DNA of 63,808 bases, filler included, from Nemertoderma westbladi (GCA_032718475.1; 3 parts of 3 records of this genome joined end to end with filler, not necessarily neighbours in it), one strand, 5' to 3'; shown: positions 1 to 13,814, counted from the whole stretch's first letter. Notes: a model not told the origin generated them from the sequence alone. Program-made: numbers and translations.

Positions 1-49
1 AACTATTACCATTATTGTATTGATGTACCTAATTTATTTATGTTGACAG

Positions 50-771
50 GGAATTGGTGCTTTCATGGTGAATGTGATTATTACTGTAAAACCGAATTCG
101 CAGTTTGCGGACGGCCTGATGGAACGGAGGGCTCCATGATGGCCTACCTACCGACACAAAGCAGGTACCCAAGGAAAGGATATATGCACCCATACAGAAG
201 GTCTTACAGTAAACACAGGGTGGCTGGCTGGGAGTTGGAGAATGAGTACTGTAAGTCCAAGCTCATCTATCGCCCGTATTTCGAAGGCCACAGACGACTC
301 CTGGACATTGTCGACCTTTCTGTATTTGATTACCTCACGGGGAACCAGGACCGGCATCATGTTGAGAATTTCTTACGATTCGGGAACGATTCTTCGCTGA
401 TTCATCTGGATCAGGGCCGCTCGTTTGGGAGACATTCCTTCGATGATCTAACAATTCTTGCTCCACTAACTCAGTGCTGTTTTATCAGAAAGAAGACCCT
501 CTTGGTTCTGTTACTATTGGAAACCGAAAGGTTTCGTTTGTCTGATCTTATGAGGGAGTCTCTCCAATCGGACCCTTTGTGGCCAGTTTTATCCGAACCG
601 CATTTCTCAGCTTTGGATCGGCGGCTACAGAACATTCTGGAAGAAATTAGACGGTGTATCCATGGTAACGGTTTACAACCGGTAGATATTGAAAATGTTG
701 TAATTGAGGATCAATTTAGTAATGAATTGATTGATACTAAATATAAAACGTTGATGCGTAGAATACTTTAA
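50..771 (+). CDS. FAM20C: Terminal coding exon of a FAM20C-like secretory-pathway kinase (partial; upstream exons lie outside the window)
   Basis: Translation has CFHGECDYYC, PYRRSY, DYLTGNQDRHH, LIHLDQGRSFG, LAPLTQCC and ALDRRL, collinear with the FAM20C kinase C-lobe. Splice acceptor ttgacag at 43-49; stop at 769-771. Confidence 0.92.
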
Positions 772-1000
772 AGTCAATTATTCGATTTAGTAATATTAAT
801 AAGCGAATTTAATAAATATTGAATAATTGCGAGTCAAGTGAGAATCTCATTTTACAATTTGGTGCAGATTAGATAAGGTACTTATTTAATTTAGTAATAT
901 TATTATAGTTATTAATTAACAGAAATAAAACAGTACTGCTGTAGAAGATGATATATTTTATTAATGTTATGGAATGAACAGGCGATGTTAATTAGATTAA

Positions 1001-1738
1001 GGGGGGGGGGGGGGGGGGGGGGTACACCATTTTCGAACAACTCTTCGATTTATCACTCTCAGCGTTTCAAATTTGTTTGGTTTTGGCTATAATTTGGCAT
1101 ATAGGTACCTAAGATGCTATTCTACATGACAGGTCAGAAAAAAAAAATTGTTCTCTATTTAATATTAGTTAATACTAGTTAACAATAAAAAAAACTTGGT
1201 TGCGCTTAAAACCCTAAGGCTTTTACAGTTTTGAATCTAATAACATGAACGTTTTTTTATATGATAGATCAAAGATGGGGCAACATAACTATCAGGCGAA
1301 ATTTTGTGAAAATAATTCTTCCTAAGTGGCGCTGCAAAATTATGCTAATTTTTTAGGTTTGTTATAAATAGTATTAAATTTTATTTAATAAAAATTTCAA
1401 AAAGTTGTCTGATACTTTTATGCAGGGTGGCTATGTAGACACCCACAGAAATTTTCAGACTAATTGCTCAAAAATTGTAGAAGTAGTAGGGTTTTGAAGT
1501 TGACAATTTCATAAAAAATATATTTGGAGGTAATCGGCCTTTCATTATACATAATTGTATTGTAATAGTAATTTCAATAGGATTCCCTAAATGGAAATGC
1601 TTAGAACTTGAAAACTAAAAGAGCTATTAAATAGCGGTTTTCAGATTTGGAAACACCATTGAATGGTGCATTATAATCGATCACAAAAATAATTTTTCGA
1701 CAAATTTTGGACCAAAATGGTGTACCCCCCCTACCCCC
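1001..1738. mobile_element. Non-autonomous DNA transposon (MITE) with TTAA TSD and G-rich termini, Kolobok-like
   Basis: TTAA at 997-1000 and 1739-1742. TIRs G(n)GTACACCATTTT ... AAAATGGTGTACC(n). No ORF. Confidence 0.7.
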
Positions 1739-2922
1739 TTAACAGTTTAAATTATATATTTACGATTTTGAGTCCTTTTGGCTTTAAACTGCTTAACTGT
1801 TTATGATTAATTTCTTATACAAATATTTTAATTTATATTCGTTTGTGCTACAATTCAGCAGTGTTGGTAAAATAACTGTTAGTTATAGAAATATTGTGCG
1901 GATAGTATCAGTGTGGTGATGATTAAACTACTTAATGGTTCGGTTACAGAATATATCACATCTACTGTTTTCCATTAGATCATTCCAAATATTATATAAG
2001 CTTCATCACCCTATCCCCGAACACTTTGCAGAAAATTTTCTGAAAAATTTAGAAAGATGGGCATAAATCTGAAACTCAATTCATAATAATTATCTATATA
2101 ACATTATCAATCTGATATGTAAATATAACGGAACATAGCGGGTATATCCATGGTTGATATGTTTTGATTTTATTTTTTTAAATTAATTAATTACATTGAG
2201 GTTGTATAAGCATTTACAATACCAACCACTGAATCTCACCTATCTGCAAATAGCCTACAATAATTTAACAACTCAAGGTGTTTGAATATCAGATTGTAAA
2301 ACAATTACATTTAATTTACTGATAAAAACAAAATTGCGTACCTGTCTAAATTTAATTATCTCTACAGGTACCTATGAATTCCTTCAACACACGTAAACTT
2401 ATCTCATTATTTAATCACAAACGAAATATATCATTAATTTGATCTAAACTGATAGGATATAACTCTATAAAAACAACCATATTTACAACCATATCTACCA
2501 CTAATAGATTGAGTTTCTTCTATAAGAGAGTGAAATTTGACAGTGCCCTCTAGACATACAAATAAGAATCATAACTTTACATTATTTAGGAGGGGTGAAC
2601 TATGAATATTATGTTTCAATCATTCCTTAACCATAAAAATGCCGACCGGGCAATAGAATATTGCATAAATACCTGAAGGGCGTCTTATTGAACTCCCTCC
2701 TTCATCTAAAATCTAGAAATTATAACGAAAACTATTGATTTTTTGTTTGTACGTAAATTTTTCTAGACTGAATCAGAAGAAATTTACTGGTGTGGTTTTT
2801 TACGGTACCAAAATTTCAAGTAGTGAACAATTTAAAAAAAAATATGAATGGTACAACTTTCACCTAATCTCTTTTCAATTTAGGTTTTCTGGGAGGAGCA
2901 AAATCCATTGGAAAATACTTAA

Positions 2923-4302
2923 CCCTATTAGTACCGGGCTATAAAATGCTGTACAAAAACCGGGGGGGGGGGGGGGGGTCATTGACCCCTCCCTCTAAAA
3001 TCTACAAATATTAACGAAAACGTCTGATTTTTTGTTTGTACGTAGGTATCATTAGTCTGGATCCGACCGAAAAAAAAATGTTCGAAAAAATGTACTGGGG
3101 TGGTAATATTGCAGTACCAAAATTAAAGTAGTGCACAATTTTCACAAAATTTGAAAGTTACATTTTTCGGCTAATTGTTTTTCAATACAGGTTTTCTGGG
3201 GTGCAAAATAAATTGGAAAATATTTAAAAGTGATATGATTACCATAAATGGCTGTTTAGTCCTCTATGCGTAGGAAAAAAATGAAAAAAAACAAGTAACC
3301 AGCACTTTTCAGTTAGAACACAAAATTTTTAATTCACTTATACGATGCTATAAATTCATATTTTCAGGTTTTCTAGGGCGCTGATTATAATGGAATGCAT
3401 TTCAAAATATGCCAGATCATTGCTACTTGTATTTTTCGGCGTATTTGGCAAATTTTGGTGCTAGCACCAAATTTCGTACCCATCACCAAAAAGTACAAGT
3501 TTGCGATGTCCAGTGCTGTTTTTATTGATTCCATCGGATTCAGGACCCTCATAAACCCGTATAACGCAAGAAACAAGATGATACTATCTACTGATCAATT
3601 TACTCATTTTCCAAAATATGGTGCTGGCACAACAATTTTCACCCACCGGCGAAAAATACAAGTTTGAAAACTCTTATGAAATTTTTACTGATTCCATTGA
3701 ATTCAGAACCATAACAAACCCGTATAACGCAAGAAACAAGATGACACAATCAATTGATATATTTGATGGTTTGCAAAATTTGGTGCTCGCACCACATTTT
3801 GCACCCACTTCCGAAAAATACAAGTTTGAGATGTCTAGTTCGATAATTATATATTCCATTGAATTCAGAACAGCCATAAACCTCTAAAATGCAAGAAATA
3901 AATTGTCACAAGCAATTTTATCTATTGAATGGATTTTCAAAATTTCGTGCTAGCACCAAAATTTGCACACAGCACCGAAAAATACAAATTTGATACGCTT
4001 GGTGCAACTCGTATATATTTCATCGAAACCAGAACCCCAAAAAACCCCAATTGCGTAAAAAACAAGTTTCAAACAATCAATTTACAAAATTGACATTTTT
4101 CAAAATTTGGTGCTGGCACCAAAATTTGGCACCCGCCGAAAAAAACAAGTTTGGAATTTCTAAATCAATTTATATGAATTCCATCCAATTGCTAACACCA
4201 AAAAACCGGCATAATTCAAAAATAGAGATGTTACAAATCATATTTAATGAAATGTAATTTTCAAAAAACGCCCCCCCCCCCCCACCCTCGGGTTGAATAG
4301 GG
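2923..4302 (+). mobile_element. piggyBac-like non-autonomous element, copy 1
   Basis: TTAA|CCCTATT...AATAGGG|TTAA (TTAA at 2919-2922 and 4303-4306). Internal subrepeats contain AAAAATACAAGT and the palindrome TTTGGTGCTAGCACCAAA. Confidence 0.7.
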
Positions 4303-4744
4303 TTAAATGGGAGCTGTATCAAATGTCGTACTGGATTATAGGACTGCTTTATTCTTGGAACAGTAATACCTGTAAACTATTACGACGACTACATGTAATT
4401 AGAATTCATGATCATCGTCCTTTAGAAGTAAAGTTTTACACTATCGGCATGTGTTAAAGTATTTGGAGTTACGGAAGTCAACTATTTACTTATTCTATAG
4501 CTAGTATCAATAAAGACGCTTCTTTCGGCAGGTTAGCTTAGGTGCTGAATAAATTAAACATTGAAAGGAATTGAAAGAAGTTAAAATGTTGACGTAAAAC
4601 CCGAAAACCACGTTCGCGTTTCTACATCACTGGGTCAGATCCAGTGTTGTGTTTAGGTTACGAATAATTCGGAATGAAGTCCTCCGTGGTCTTGCTATAA
4701 TAATTTAGGTACGAGGGCTAATAATTAATATTTTCTAAAAGCTA

Positions 4745-5300
4745 CTTTAGATCCCCTTTTATCTATTTTTTAAAGGGGGGATTCAAATTGTTTCTTCTAG
4801 AGCAGATTTTATCACGATTCAAAATATGAAAACCGTTTAGCAAGATCTGTCTTACTTCTCGAGATATGGCGGTTTTACTGTCTGTCTGTCCGTCGGTATG
4901 TCTCCTAAACAATAGAAAACATACTCTCTGTCTAAAAGATTTCCTATGGGTTTTCTTGGTCCGTGACTTCATTTCTGATGTCAGTATTCAAATTTAGCCT
5001 CGTATTTTCTGCCTGTATGCCTGTCAATCTGTCCGTCAAAATATAACGACAGCCAAACATACAATTTGGAAGTCATCAAATGTTAAATCTGACACTCGAA
5101 ATGAATTATGGGACCAGGGACCCTTGTAACTAAAGTTTTATCTTACATTTCGCGATATTTCCATTTTTCAAAATACTACTCCTCCGCCGTTTTTCTTAGC
5201 TCGTTTGAAAGGTTTCGAAAGATCTTGAAAAATTATCCTGAACTTTTTTGAAATTTTTTTTTAATATTACTGAAAATTTGAATTAATTTAATTAATTTTA
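4745..5300. repeat. Dispersed repeat fragment related to 12900-13720
   Basis: AGCAAGATCTGTCTTACTTCTCGAGATATGGC near 4840-4870 is the reverse complement of 13251-13283. Both regions carry (GTCT/GTCC)n tracts. Confidence 0.5.
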
Positions 5301-5485
5301 ATTAATTAATTTAATTTGTCCCTTGTGATGGATTATTTCACTATAAAGTAGCATTTGTAGCTTAACGTAAAAACTTTCTAAAATCTGACGCATTTTGATT
5401 AAATTACAGTAATGTAATATGCCTATTCATATTGGTACACATAAATCCATAGGTAACTCTATTGGCGCAGTGGTCAGATGGTTAA

Positions 5486-6969
5486 CCCTATTAAACCCGG
5501 GGGGGGGGGGGGGGGGGTCAATATGACCACTCCCGTGGTTTTTTTATTATAATTCTGAAACAAACGCAGTTGGGAATCTGAAATTTTAAGACTTTTCCTA
5601 AAAAGACTCTTCCTAGTAGTGAAAACCGTTTTCAAAAATATTGGGTACTTTTCGAGTTATAGCACCATTTTTAACCCTACTTTTGGCACTTTTTTTGAGA
5701 CGTTTTTTTGAAAATTACATTTCATTAAATATGAATTGTAACATCTCTATTTTTGATTTACACCGGTTTTTTGGTGTTAGAAATTTGATGGAATTCATAT
5801 AAATTGATTTAGAAATTTCAAACTTGTATTTTTCGGCGGGTACCAAATTTTGGTGCCAGCACCAAATTTTGAAATAAGTCAATTTTGTAAATTGATCGTT
5901 TGAAACTTGTTTTTTACGCAATTGGGGTTTTTTGGGTTTCTGGATTCGATGAAATATATACGAGTTGCACCAAGCGTATAAAACTTGTATTTTTCGGTGC
6001 TGTGTGCAAATTTTGGTGCTATCACGAAATTTTGAAAATCCCTTCAATAGATAAAATTGCTTGTGACAATTTATTTCTTGCGTTTTAGAGGTTTATGGCT
6101 GTTCTGAATTCAATGGAAAATATAATTATCGAACTAGGCATCTCAAACTTGTATTTTTCGGTAGTGGGTGCAAAATGTGGTGCTAGCACCAAATTTTGAA
6201 AACCATCAAATATATCAATTGATTGTGTCACCTTGTTTCTTGCGTTATACGGGTTTGTGATGGTTCTGAATTCAATGGAATCAGTAAAAATTTCATAAGA
6301 GTTCTCAAACTTGTATTTTTCGCCGGTGGGTGAAAATTGTTGTGCCAGCACCAAATTTTGGAAAATACGCAAATTGATAAGTAGATAGTATCACCTTGTT
6401 TCTTGCATTATACGGGTTTATGAGGGTCCTGAATCCGATGGAATCAATAAAAACAGCACTGGACATCGCAAACTTGTACTTTTTGGTGATGGGTACGAAA
6501 TTTGGTGCTAGCACCAAAATTTGCCAAAATACGCCGAAAAATACAAGTAGCAATGATCTGGCATATTAGAAATGTATTCCATTAGAATCAGCGCCCTCGA
6601 AAACCTGAAAATATGAAATTATAGCATCGTATAAGTGAATTAAAAATTTTGTGTTCTAACTGAAAAGAGCTGGTTACTTGTTTTTTTCATTTTTTTCCTA
6701 CGCAGAGAGGACTAAACAACCATTTATAGTAATCATATCATTTTTTAATATTTTCCAATGTATTTTACACCCCAGAAAACCTGTATTGAAAAATAATTAG
6801 CCGAAAATGTAACTTTCAAATTTGGTGAAAATTGTGCACTACTTGTAATTTTGGTGCTGCAATATAACCACCCCAGTACATTTTCTGCAATATAACCACC
6901 CCAGTACATTTTTTCGAAATTTTTTTTTTCGGTCGGATCCAGACAAGTGATACCTACGTACAAACAAAA
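5486..6969 (-). mobile_element. piggyBac-like non-autonomous element, copy 2 (inverted, truncated)
   Basis: Begins TTAA|CCCTATTAAACCCGGG. About 5700-6969 is a near-identical reverse complement of about 3030-4270; homology stops abruptly at 6969. Confidence 0.7.
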
Positions 6970-8900
6970 GTTGGGCAAATCATAGGGCATAGAACATCTT
7001 ATTGCTCCAATGTGAGGCCATGGAATGCTCTGGAAGGTTCTAGCGGATTCTATATCCCAGATTTGCTATATAAGGGCCGGTTCGCCTTCGGTTATCACTA
7101 ATAACCCCACCTTGTATCTTATGACTTCTAACACATTTACTTTAGTTATCATATTAGTTTCTTGTTATATCTTTAGATTTAATTTGTTTGATAAATCTTT
7201 TGTAAATTACGTAAATATACTGTAAACTTTGAACATGTATATTTCCCTTTGTCCACCATGGGGACAGCCAAGCATTTGGAGGATGGCTGCCTAGACTGTT
7301 AGGCCGTCAGCAACACAGGGAAGATGTCCACAACACGCTAGCGCCCACATTAGATTAGCCCGCACACCCCCTTCGCCCCTTCGAAATACTCCACCTTGCC
7401 ATGCAGCGCCCGATTCAGAGGAAGGTAAGACTTTGTTTGACACCCTTGCCCGCCGTTAGACCTATAGATCAGGGTAAGCATGACGCCGTCCTGGGACGCC
7501 GCAAAATTTAGGATCAAATAGCTAGGCTCCAAGCACAGAACCTGTACTACGGATTAACCTGTATTCCCTACAGGTGTGAACTATTGCTGTTCGTCAGTAT
7601 GCAAGTACACATTAGGTACAGACAGCATACGTTCCATAATTTAGTGACTTGCGATACTGACAGTTCGGTACCGGTTCACTTTGTAGTTTATACATTAGTA
7701 CACCCCCCCCCCCCCCCCCCCCCCCTGCCTGAACCCACGTTATTTGATCAGGCAAGGAGTATTTCTGCTACCGGCACTCACTTGGCCTAGGGAGGTTTTA
7801 TTAATATCCTACCGCGCCTTGCCACGTACTGATAGGTATTGCTGCTAACCACAAACTGCTGGCAACAAAATTCTAGAATCAAATTGTATACCAGATCAGC
7901 TAACGTACGGTAGCAATTAACCCCTTTTTCTTATCTTACAACCAGAATCTGGCATTTCTGCCAATCACGGTTGTAGTTACTAACACCGTAATTGCCCGGT
8001 TGAGTTGTGGATAGGAAGGAGAGAGCTTTGATGTCATTTGTAAGTATTAAGCCCTACAGAGTGCGACTAGCTTATTTTGTAGCTAGCGCACGGTATTGTT
8101 TCGGTCAGAAAATCACTAAAACCTAGTACAATGGAGTACACCAAAATTGTTTTATTCGTAACACACACACACACACACACACACACGCCCTAAAACATAT
8201 GTACTCTTAGAGCTCTACTAGTTACAGCTTACTTTAGGTTACTTTCAGATAGGATCTATTCTGTAGTTTTACTATTTGTAGTTCGTAAATTTAGGATCTG
8301 ATATTTAGTTTATGGCAAGAGGAGTATTTACTTATTAGACTGTTTTATTTGAGCGACAGTATTATTACTTTAGGCACGACCCTTTTGACTGTTGTCCGCT
8401 TGAGCAGCAGTATTGTTACATTAGGTACGACCCCCTTTTGACTGATTTAGTACAGGTCAGTATTGTTACGCTAGTCTGTTAATCCACTAGCTCGTATATA
8501 AACCATATAAATCACACTGCGGCAAGTTTACGTTATTAGGTCCGTTAGCGATAGTTAGGATTCGCTGCGCGGGGATTATTTCCTCGTGAGTTTGGTCTGT
8601 CACCGTAGACTGTACATCTGCCTCACCGGTTAGAGGACGGGTATCCTGTTTTGTCTAGTTCGCCGGGCATTTGACTCGCCCACGTATTTAGAATAGACAC
8701 CAGGCTCTGTTCCTCGCCAGTAGTTGTTCGCGTATTTGTATCTGTTTATTTAGACACCCTGGACTGGGATTTATTGCCAGATACTGTACGAGCCCGTATA
8801 CACTACTAGATCTTACGGTAAGATACATCGTTACTAGGATCCGGTAAGTGGTATACTACTGGACTTTTCACCTTGAGATGACATCACCTTGCAGAAGCTG
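6970..8900 (+). mobile_element. Possible partial LTR plus 5' leader of an LTR retrotransposon
   Basis: TATATAAG near 7066; ...CA followed by TTTGGAGGATG (7275-7285, PBS-like). About 8465-8760 is homologous to about 56445-56725. Confidence 0.3.
8161..8186. repeat. (AC)n microsatellite
   Basis: 13 AC units read directly. Confidence 0.95.
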
Positions 8901-8969
8901 CAGATGAAACACCCTGAATGCCCAACCAATCGACGTCCATTTCCTCAAACAGAGATAGCTCAGCTCCAC

Positions 8970-9170
8970 TGAGAATTTCTACACAAATAGTAAAGGATGC
9001 TATAACATACATCATAGATCATAAAAGGAGGCGGGTACGCCATATCGCAGTAGGAGAGACACTTAGGCGTTTAGCAGCAAAGTTTGCAACTAGATATTCT
9101 GCCAAGAAACTAACAAGAGAGTTTGCTCCTACCCAATTTGGTTGTGGTACCCCTGAAGGCTGTGAACAAC
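8970..9170 (+). pseudogene. Reverse transcriptase fragment of a CRE-type non-LTR retrotransposon
   Basis: RHIAVGETLRRLAAK...APTQFGCGTPEGCE matches the RPIAVGETLRRL...QFGxG..GCE RT motifs. Isolated fragment. Confidence 0.6.
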
Positions 9171-9451
9171 GGCGGGATGACTTTTACTTACAAAATCCCA
9201 GAAGAACGAGGTGTATTAGGTACCACTACAGTCAAGTCAAATCACATAAAACTTCAAAACTTTAAAATAAACTACCGGTGTTTGTAATTATTGAGATAAT
9301 TCAGGCTTTCAACAATGCCGAACATTGTGCGCATACCAGTAAAGTTGCGCAGCAGTCGCCTGCCTCGACCCACCACCCGAACCGTCACTCAACCTCGCAA
9401 AACGCGAACCGGCTGTCACCTGAATGGCTGTGGAATAGGGGGCCTACCAAC

Positions 9452-10389
9452 TAGTGCAGCGAACTGAAACTGAAATTTAACTGGAACTGAATTCAAACTG
9501 AAATAGTTTTTGGCGATTTTTGTGAACTGGAACTGAAACTAGAACTGAAACATTAATTTTAAAACTGAAACTGAAACTAGAACTGAAACTTGAGATCTTG
9601 GAATACTGGAACCAAAACTGAATTGCCAGAAATTTAAAACTGAAAGAACTGGGAATAAGAACAAATTTAAAATTCGCGTTTTTAGTGTTCATAAATACTA
9701 TTTCGTTTCTTTAATAAATAAATGTAATTTGCTTTATTGTGTTGCAAGACCTACAATATACGAACAGCCAAATCGCTGCAAAGTTTTTAAATTTAGTGGG
9801 GCACTTAAATAGGCCTATCTTAGTCAAAATATCTAAAACAATATGTCTAGCCTCTCGAAAGTATCTCTAAGTATCTAAATTAGGTCCTCTTTCAGATGAT
9901 GCAAATAAAAATTGAATTAGCTCCAGTAGTTTTCGAGATGGGGAGTTCATGGCACCCATTTTAGCACCTTTCGGAATTGAATTACTTAAATATATATTTT
10001 ATTTTAAAGTAATACGTAATTGTAAACCTAACAATTACCTTTTTGCAACTAATAATTCCGGTTATTTTCATTAAAAATGTAATAAATGGCAGTCGGATCC
10101 ATCGGTGGGTACCACACGATTGGCCACGGCAGCTTGTATCTACCAGTGTGTAAACAAGACACTTGCAAAACTTTCTGAAAATAGAACTGAAACTATATAT
10201 GGAACTGGAACTGAAATAAATAGGTTTATTAGAACTGAAACAAGAACTAAAACTGAAATTATTATTTTTTGGGAACTGGAACTGAAGCTTGTACTGAAAT
10301 GAACGTGTTTATTAAAAGTAAAACTGGAACTGAAATCGAAACCGAAACAAGTCAAATTTTCTAAAAAAATATATTCTTCTGCAGCACTA
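9452..10389. mobile_element. hAT-type non-autonomous element with (AACTGA/G)n subterminal repeats
   Basis: 8-bp TSD CTACCAAC at 9444-9451 and 10390-10397; termini TAGTGC...GCACTA. Confidence 0.75.
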
Positions 10390-10399
10390 CTACCAACTG

Positions 10400-11330
10400 A
10401 TCCAGTGACCAGCAGGGAGAAGATGAACCCGGACGAACCCGCCAGGTCGTACCCAGCTGATCCCTTTGATCTGATGACGAGCCTGGAGTCCGCCGGGCGA
10501 CAAAGGAGACTGGAGGAACATGCTAGGTCGAACCCAGCCAATCCATTCGAGTTGACGACGTGCCGGGTGTCCTCCGGCGAGATGAGGAGTCTGGAGAAAC
10601 CCGCCATGTCAAACCCAGCCGATCAATTCGAGTCAGCGAAGACCCGGGAGCCCGCCGGCATGATAAGGAGTCCAGAGGAACCCGCCAGGTCGAACCCCGC
10701 CTATCCATCCAAGTTGACAACGAGCCTGGAGTCTGTCAGGGCGACGAGGAGTCCAGAGGAACTTTCCAGATCGAACCGAGCCAATCCATTCGAGTTGATG
10801 ACGAGCCGGGAGAGTATGCTGTCACAACGAGGAATCTGGAGAAACCCGCCACATCGAACCCAGCTGATCCATTCGAGTCGACAACGACCCAGGAGTCCAC
10901 CAGCACGACGAGGAGTCCGGAGGAACCCACCAGGTCGAATCCGGCTGATCCATTCGAGTTGACAACGAGCCTGTAGTCCACCAGGGCAATGAGGAGCCCA
11001 GAGGAAACTTCCAGGTCGAACCCAGCCAATCCATCCGGTCAATGGCGATCCGGGAGTCCGCCGGGACAATGAGGAGTCCGGAGAAACCCACCAGGTCGAA
11101 CCCAGCCTAATCCATTCGAGCCGACGATGACCCGGGAGACCGCCAGTGTGACAAGGAGTCTGGAGGAACCCGCCAGGTCAAACCTGGCCGATCCCTTTAA
11201 GTCAACGATGAGCCGGGAGTCTGCCAGCGCAACAAGGAGTCCGGAGGAACACGCCAGGTCAAACCCAGCCGATCTCTTTGAGTCAATGATGAGCCAGGAG
11301 TCCACCGGGGCAATGAGGAGCCTGGATCGT
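10400..11330 (+). repeat. 81-bp tandem repeat (about 11 diverged units), reads as 27-aa units like EEPARSNPADPFELTTSLESAGATRSP
   Basis: The AGGTCG(A/T)ACCCAGC motif recurs every 81 bp (10444, 10525, ...). ORFs 10405-10962 and 11127-12008 are broken by frameshifts and stops. Confidence 0.85.
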
Positions 11331-12899
11331 CCTATATTGGGTATTGCCGAGATAATGACGAATAAGCGGCCAAGTTTACCCGAATCTGAGACAATGCCAA
11401 TGTGCTCATCCGGGCTGTCGTCGAGGTTGAGAGAGCCGAGTCTAAGCGAGTTACACCCAATTCAGAGAGGCCCGAATTCCTTCCGATTCCTCCCATACAG
11501 ACATATTCCTGGCCCGGTTCTCTCGGTCGATTGCATAAATCCACTGGATATCTCAGATGTGGACCCAATGAGTTCTGGACTAGATGTCAATAAGAGGTTT
11601 GATTTCATTAATACCAGTCCTATCAATACTCATATTGTGTCTATGTGTAACAATAATCTTACCGGTACTGGTAGGGAAAGTAATCTAAAACCATACATTG
11701 TATCTAAACCTAACCATTCTAAGATCACCCCACCATGGACTTACCCTTCACTACCAATCACTAGTACCACTCAGAGCCAGACCCCACCTCTAATAACATA
11801 CTCGACTTCTACCGCCACAAGTAGCTCTCACTTTACATTAATCGAGGATCTAAGGGAGGATGGCTCCTTGGTATGTAGAACACAACCATTGTACACAACT
11901 CACTTAGCTATGGTACCGGTACTCCACTGGAGGCTAACCAGACTCACAATACCCTGGAGGTCATTTATTCAGGTCATGGACAGGTTGCTGCCACTGATTA
12001 TGGACTAGAACATATTAACGTATTCCCAGACATCCATACCGGATTCCACGAAGAAGCAGTTATCACCGCGGCAACAACAAAGGCATCTGCCCGAACCCCC
12101 CACCTCGATCACAACAGCAAATGAGCCCGGATGCCCGGAGCCCAGATGTCTTCATAGTCGACGATACTGTCTGAATCCAGCACCAGCGAACTGGACACGG
12201 GGACCAGACTGGCATCATCGCTGAAACCCGGGCCCTCCGTAAATACGTCATCCATTTGCCATCCTGGCATTCCCTTGTCCGGAACCATCACCGCCTGGTG
12301 CACAAGTTCGGACACCACAAGCTCGGACACCACTACCAGGGACACCACTACCATGGAACGCCCTCCCTGGTGTTACCCGCGGCGATCCCGCTACTGATCG
12401 TTATACGTGGCTACGATGGCACCCCCTAGCCGCTCTGTGGTACAACCCTTAATTCACAGACTGAAAGTGAAAGTAATTTGTAGAAACAACCAGTAATTCA
12501 CGGCCTGAAACTGAAAGTAATTCGAGCCTTGCACATGCTGTGCGATCAACTGACCACGCCTGTACCCAGACTCTCAGATATTTACAGACATTTATGATAG
12601 CCCCAGAAAATCATTCTTGGAACTCAAACAGGGATGTGATCTATGATAGGTACCTACAGTAGTTGATTACGCCTTGCGACCTGTAGATGGTGCTAGGATA
12701 TTATTATTATCATTCAGTTTTGCTGTAGTACTGTACACCGCGGCCTATGTGACGCCACTGCCCTACTGTAGTTAGTGTACCGGTACCGCCCTGGCAGTCA
12801 CGTCAGAGGCCAATTATATATATATTGTATGCGATATATGCATGATACAGTTTGAACTTTTCCGCGCAAAAACTGTGTTATTATGTGAGAACGTCTATA

Positions 12900-13720
12900 T
12901 ATATCTAGTCACAAGAAAGCATAAACTCATGCAAAGATTTTTGCTGTGGGGTTTTCCTGGTAGCTGATTTCATTTCTGAGGTCAGTTTTCACTTTTAATG
13001 AAATCTAGTTTGTCTCTATGTCTGTCTGTCGGTCTTTCTGACTATCTCAATATCTGTCTGTCAAATATATATGAAAAAGGCACACCATCTAACTAAAAGT
13101 TTAGTTATAGGGGTTTTCCTTGTCGCAGAATTCATTTTGAGTGTCAATTTTAACATTTGATGACTTCCAAATATTGTCTGTTTGGCTGGTATGTTATCTA
13201 TTGTTTTGGAGACATATGGCGGACAAAACCGACTGTAAAACTTACAGACAGCCATATCTCGAGAAGTAAGACAGATCTTGCTAATCGATTTTAAAATGTT
13301 GAATGTGGATAAAAATCTGCTCTAGATGAAATAGAAAAAAAATATTTGTAAAAAATTATTGAACTAGCGCCCTCCCTTTAATACCCCCCTTTAAGTTAAA
13401 AATGTAAATTGCCCTGGCCGCTAAGGGTCATCAAAAATTATTATTTTTTTGAAAATATTACAATTTAATATAGTCCACCCAAAATGTATCTTACATCTTT
13501 TTCCTACTTATTCGCTTTTGCTATTTGCTTTTTTTGCTTTTAAGCATTTCAAAAGGTTGACTTCCAAGCCAGTACCCCCCCCCCCCCCCCCTGAATATTT
13601 ATCCAATTTTTTTGAAACTAACTTTTTTGGACTCACCACCTTTGAATACACAGAGATTATCCAGCCGATTTTTTAAATTATTTGAAGATTATTAATGAAT
13701 TATGAATTAATAAAGTAATA
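12900..13720. repeat. Dispersed repeat fragment related to 4745-5300
   Basis: Shared blocks in both orientations; GTCT microsatellite; poly-C tract. Confidence 0.45.
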
Positions 13721-13814
13721 TATTATAAAATGCATCAAAAAGGTAAATGATGACCCACCACCAGAAGACATGTGAAATACTTAAAGAGTGGGGTGGGGGG
13801 GGGGGGGGGGGGGA

